DNA of 20,000 bases from an uncultured virus (IMG/VR IMGVR_UViG_3300021963_000099) (lineage: Duplodnaviria; Heunggongvirae; Uroviricota; Caudoviricetes), in the IMG/VR virus record IMGVR_UViG_3300021963_000099. One strand, given 5' to 3'. The position numbers were made by a program, and so were the translations under genes. The notes beneath the pieces are model-generated. The model worked only from the letters and a program-made list of their open reading frames with translations. It did not search any database and was not told the DNA's origin. The stretch's first letter is position 1. Every line of letters starts with the position of its first letter. Positions 16,494 through 20,000 of the stretch are shown piece after piece.

Positions 16494-17162
16494 ATGAAAC
16501 TTTCTGATAAAACTCTGTCACTTCTTAAAAACTTTTCTTCTATTAATCAGTCTCTACTATTTAAAGAAGGAAATAAAATTCGCACAATTTCTGCTATGAA
16601 AAATATTCTAGCAGAAGCAACTGTATCGGAAGAATTTCCAAAAGAATTTGGTATTTATGATCTGAATCAATTTCTTAATAGTCTTTCTCTTTACCAGTCT
16701 CCAGAACTTGATTTTCAAAATGATGGTTATTTGGTAATGAGAGAGGGTAAAATGCGTACCAAATTCTTTTTTGCAGAATCAAACTTGATTGCATCTCCTC
16801 CAGAAAAAGGAATTTCTATTCCATCTGAAGATGTTTCTTTTGAACTTAATACTCAAGATCTTAATAGTATGCTAAAAGCGGCATCTATCAATCAACTTCC
16901 AGATTTGTGTGTCGTTGGTAATGCTGGAGTAGTTAAATTGGTAGTAACAGATAAAAAAAATGAAACATCTAATGATGTGGATTTAATTGTGGGAGAAACT
17001 GATAGTGAGTTTTCTTTTAATTTTAAAGTAGAGAATATTAAAATTATTCCAGGAACATATGAGGTAACTATTTCTCAAAAACTAATTTCATCATTTACAA
17101 GCAAGAATTATGATCTAAAATATTATATTGCTTTAGAACCAGATTCTACATATAATGATTAA
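16494..17162 (+). CDS. g45: DNA polymerase sliding clamp gp45
   Basis: MKLSDKTLSLLKNFSSINQS, FGIYDLNQFL and YYIALEPDS; ATG at 16494. Confidence 0.96.
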   Translation: MKLSDKTLSLLKNFSSINQSLLFKEGNKIRTISAMKNILAEATVSEEFPKEFGIYDLNQFLNSLSLYQSPELDFQNDGYLVMREGKMRTKFFFAESNLIASPPEKGISIPSEDVSFELNTQDLNSMLKAASINQLPDLCVVGNAGVVKLVVTDKKNETSNDVDLIVGETDSEFSFNFKVENIKIIPGTYEVTISQKLISSFTSKNYDLKYYIALEPDSTYND

Positions 17163-17727
17163 TGATATATCTGTAATAGATAACTTTTTAAATCCCGATA
17201 TATTTTCAGAGTTTAAAAAAAGCATAATGAATCAAACATCATGGTATTTTACTGAAAATATATCTGGTGAAGAAATTAGAGATCCTAGAAAATATTATGG
17301 ATTTGGATTTACTTTCGTTGAGTTTGAAAATCCAGATGTATATAAAAAAGTAAGAGGATCTTGGTTTCTTCAAAATTTAAATAATAAAATAATGAAAAGA
17401 TTTAATTTTAGAACAGTTCTAAGATGTAGGTCTGATATGACAACCTACAGAGGAGAAGATGATCTAATATTAGATCCACATATTGATTTGGAGGGAAAGC
17501 ATTATACTACTATTTTTTATTTAAATGAATGTGATGCTCCCACCATTATATACAATGAGAAAATAGTTTATGGTGATGTAAAAAACTATTCAGGATCATT
17601 GACTGAAAAGAAAAGAGTCTATCCAAAAGAAAATAGATTACTCGTATTTAATGGAAACCACATACATACTGGAATGTGTCCCAAAAATACCTCATACAGG
17701 ATATTAATTAACTCAAACTTTAAATGA
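17155..17727 (+). CDS. 2OG-Fe(II) oxygenase superfamily protein
   Basis: VIDNFL, HxD (PHID), TIFYLN, PKENRLLVFNG, distal His (HIHTG) and R-x5-N (RILINSN). Confidence 0.85.
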   Translation: MINDISVIDNFLNPDIFSEFKKSIMNQTSWYFTENISGEEIRDPRKYYGFGFTFVEFENPDVYKKVRGSWFLQNLNNKIMKRFNFRTVLRCRSDMTTYRGEDDLILDPHIDLEGKHYTTIFYLNECDAPTIIYNEKIVYGDVKNYSGSLTEKKRVYPKENRLLVFNGNHIHTGMCPKNTSYRILINSNFK

Positions 17728-18674
17728 TGAACAAAAATGACTTTCTATGGGTTGAGAAATATCGCCCACAAAAAATTGAAGATTGCATTCTTCCATCTGG
17801 AACAAAACAAACTTTTCTAGATTTTCTTAAGAAAGGAGAAGTACCAAATCTTCTTCTTTCTGGTCCTGCTGGATGTGGCAAGACTACAGTTGCTAAAGCA
17901 CTATGTAATGAACTAGGAGTAGATGTTTACATCATCAATGGATCCGACGAAGGTAGATTCCTTGATACTGTCCGAAACAATGCGAAAAACTTCGCTTCGA
18001 CCGTATCACTTACTTCAACTGCTAAACACAAAGTCATCATCATTGATGAGGCAGATAACACAACCTCGGATGTACAACTCCTCTTACGGGCGTCTATTGA
18101 GGAGTTTGCTGGTAACTGCAGATTCATCTTCACTTGCAATTACAAAAACAAAATCATCGAACCACTTCATTCAAGATGTGCGGTTGTGGATTTTACCCTC
18201 AAGGGAAAAGAAAAAGCGAAACTTGCTGCTGAGTTTTATCAAAGACTTCAAGATATTCTAACTTTGGAAAAAGTAGAGTATGAGCAAAAAGTTCTTATTG
18301 AGTTAATCAATAAGCATTTTCCAGATTGGCGTAGAGTATTAAATGAATGTCAAAGATATTCTGTTAGTGGTAAAATTGATTCCGCTATTCTTGCATCTTT
18401 TTCTGATATTTCCGTAAATGATCTCACTAAAAATCTTAAGGAAAAGAATTTTGCAGAAGTCCGTAAATGGGTCATTAATAATCTTGATAATGACCCTGGG
18501 GTACTTTTGCGTCGTATTTACGATGCTCTTTATGTATCCCTTGAAAACGCTAGCATTCCTGCTGCTGTGCTTATTATTGCTAAGTATCAGTACCAGATTG
18601 CATTTGTTGCCGATCAAGAAATTAACCTTTTGGCGGCATTGACTGAAATTATGGTAGAATGTGAATTTAAATAG
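17724..18674 (+). CDS. g44: Clamp loader large subunit gp44
   Basis: LWVEKYRP, GPAGCGKTT, IIIDEAD, FIFTCN, PLHSRC and FPDWRR. Confidence 0.97.
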   Translation: MMNKNDFLWVEKYRPQKIEDCILPSGTKQTFLDFLKKGEVPNLLLSGPAGCGKTTVAKALCNELGVDVYIINGSDEGRFLDTVRNNAKNFASTVSLTSTAKHKVIIIDEADNTTSDVQLLLRASIEEFAGNCRFIFTCNYKNKIIEPLHSRCAVVDFTLKGKEKAKLAAEFYQRLQDILTLEKVEYEQKVLIELINKHFPDWRRVLNECQRYSVSGKIDSAILASFSDISVNDLTKNLKEKNFAEVRKWVINNLDNDPGVLLRRIYDALYVSLENASIPAAVLIIAKYQYQIAFVADQEINLLAALTEIMVECEFK

Positions 18675-18683
18675 GAGAAAAAA

Positions 18684-18974
18684 ATGAATGTAAAACTTAT
18701 CCGTATGTCTTCTGGTGAAGATGTAGTCACTGAAGTTCTAGAAGAAAAAGAAAATAGCATTGTAGTTCAAAATGCTATTGTTGCTATTCCTGCTGGAAAT
18801 AGTCAACTTGGGTTTGCACCTTGGGCACCAATCCTAAGTCGCTCTAAAAAAGAACTTGAAGTGAATTCAAAGTTCATTGTGTTTATTGCTGATCCAGATG
18901 ATTCTGTAGTTGAACAATATGAACAAATGTTCTCACCAATTTCTAAACCAGCAGGCAAAAAACTGATCCTCTGA
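18684..18974 (+). CDS. Conserved T4-like small hypothetical protein (possible Sm-like fold)
   Basis: MNVKLIRMSSGEDVV...GFAPWAP...YEQMFS...KKLIL; AGGAG SD upstream. Confidence 0.75.
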   Translation: MNVKLIRMSSGEDVVTEVLEEKENSIVVQNAIVAIPAGNSQLGFAPWAPILSRSKKELEVNSKFIVFIADPDDSVVEQYEQMFSPISKPAGKKLIL

Positions 18975-18992
18975 TTTTTATTTTTTTATATT

Positions 18993-19604
18993 ATGATTAA
19001 ATTGAATGTATCTAGACTACGCAGTATCACAGAGCAGACTAAAGTAGGAAAAAGAAAAAAGAAAAAGAATTGGGAAGAATACTGCATAGTATCTTATAGA
19101 GAAATGAAATCAATTATTGATCTATGGCAAGATCCTAATTTTGATTCTCGCCCTCTTACTAGGAGTTACTATATTAAAGTTTTTGATTGTGCTCAGGTAA
19201 ACTTTACTGGTCTTGCTAGTGAGAATGCAATAAAAAATAAGATTGAAGGTAAAAAGGTTGTTTATGATCACTGTCTTTCACCTCAATTCGTGACGAGAAT
19301 GATCTTGGATAATCCAGATATCTATCTTAAAGATTATGAAAGTTTTAGAGATATTTTTTGGGAAAGTTGTAAAACCATAATGGTAACGCAGAAAGAAAAT
19401 CTAATGCTTTCTTATCTTACCGAGAATGATGGATATAGTTATAAGATTCATGTACCAACTCATTTAAAATATAAGCATATGGGAATAAATCTTTTCTTCA
19501 GACCGACTATTAATGGTAGGTGGAAAGAAGCTGTTCCTTTAGATACCAATATTATTGAAGTTCCAGAAAATCTGGTAGAATATGAAAAATACTTTTTGGT
19601 TTGA
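18993..19604 (+). CDS. Hypothetical protein, possible divergent HNH/His-Me nuclease fold
   Basis: 203-aa ORF; VYDHCLSP ... IMVTQKEN resembles the DHxxP...(V/L)TxxEN pattern. The ORF is solid, the function tentative. Confidence 0.5.
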   Translation: MIKLNVSRLRSITEQTKVGKRKKKKNWEEYCIVSYREMKSIIDLWQDPNFDSRPLTRSYYIKVFDCAQVNFTGLASENAIKNKIEGKKVVYDHCLSPQFVTRMILDNPDIYLKDYESFRDIFWESCKTIMVTQKENLMLSYLTENDGYSYKIHVPTHLKYKHMGINLFFRPTINGRWKEAVPLDTNIIEVPENLVEYEKYFLV

Positions 19605-19609
19605 TTATT

Positions 19610-20000
19610 ATGTTATCTCCTGAACAAGCAATTTGGGCAGCAGATCAGTTTATTGATTACTATTCAAAATTTAATAGAATCGATGACTATTTGAGGTATG
19701 TAAAGGGCAGTAGAATTCAAGACTCATCTGGAAAATTATTTGGTCCAGAAGATGAAATATTTTCTAATTTCGATCTTCATCCAAATGATATGAAGTTTTC
19801 TATTCATGTTGTAGATACATCTTCAAAACCAAAATCAAAATACAATCAAGAATTGTATTCTGAAATTTTGAATGAAACTGCTTCCAATCCTATCGAAGAA
19901 GCAATTCCTGGAAGAACTATTAAGTGGATAGTTACAGAAGATACTACAAATAAAATTGTTGGAGTTGTTAGATTTGGATCTCCAACAATCAACTCTAAAC
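19610..20000 (+). CDS. Conserved cyanophage protein, DUF4338/DruA-like (3' truncated by window edge)
   Basis: Not in the ORF track. Manual translation: MLSPEQAIWAADQFIDYYSKFNRIDDYLRYVK...EEAIPGRTIKWIVTEDTTNKIVGVVRFGSPTINSK, open to the window end. Family call from recalled PGR...G.I..GSP pattern. Confidence 0.6.
   Translation, partial: MLSPEQAIWAADQFIDYYSKFNRIDDYLRYVKGSRIQDSSGKLFGPEDEIFSNFDLHPNDMKFSIHVVDTSSKPKSKYNQELYSEILNETASNPIEEAIPGRTIKWIVTEDTTNKIVGVVRFGSPTINSK

Noticed and set aside
1..20000. CRISPR arrays, tRNAs, introns, inteins, IS elements, stop-codon recoding
   Set aside because: No regular repeat-spacer arrays or tRNA cloverleafs seen in the short intergenic gaps; core genes are uninterrupted, of expected length and end at standard stops.

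Overview
Core region of a T4-like cyanophage (Kyanoviridae-type myovirus), with all supported genes on the + strand. Order: head assembly (g21 partial, g22, g23), tail terminator g3, uvsY, uvsW, late sigma factor g55, g47/g46 nuclease, a HEXXH+VWA (CobT-like) and MoxR-type AAA+ (CobS-like) pair, the photosynthesis AMG pebS, sliding clamp g45, clamp loader g44, and conserved hypotheticals. Single AT-rich accessory enzyme genes (CxxCxxCC protein, sulfotransferase, methyltransferase, 2OG-Fe(II) oxygenase) are inserted between core genes. Most notable unexplained signals: (1) patches of rare codons inside g47, g44 and uvsW that fold by eye into multi-stem structures over catalytic motifs, plus a strong hairpin at the g46 Walker A; (2) two overlapping divergent sigma70 promoters upstream of g55, one a perfect-hexamer promoter firing antisense into uvsW; (3) a promoter architecture with identical spacing in front of both the VWA and AAA+ genes. 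All calls come from motif recognition and manual reading; no searches or folding programs were run.
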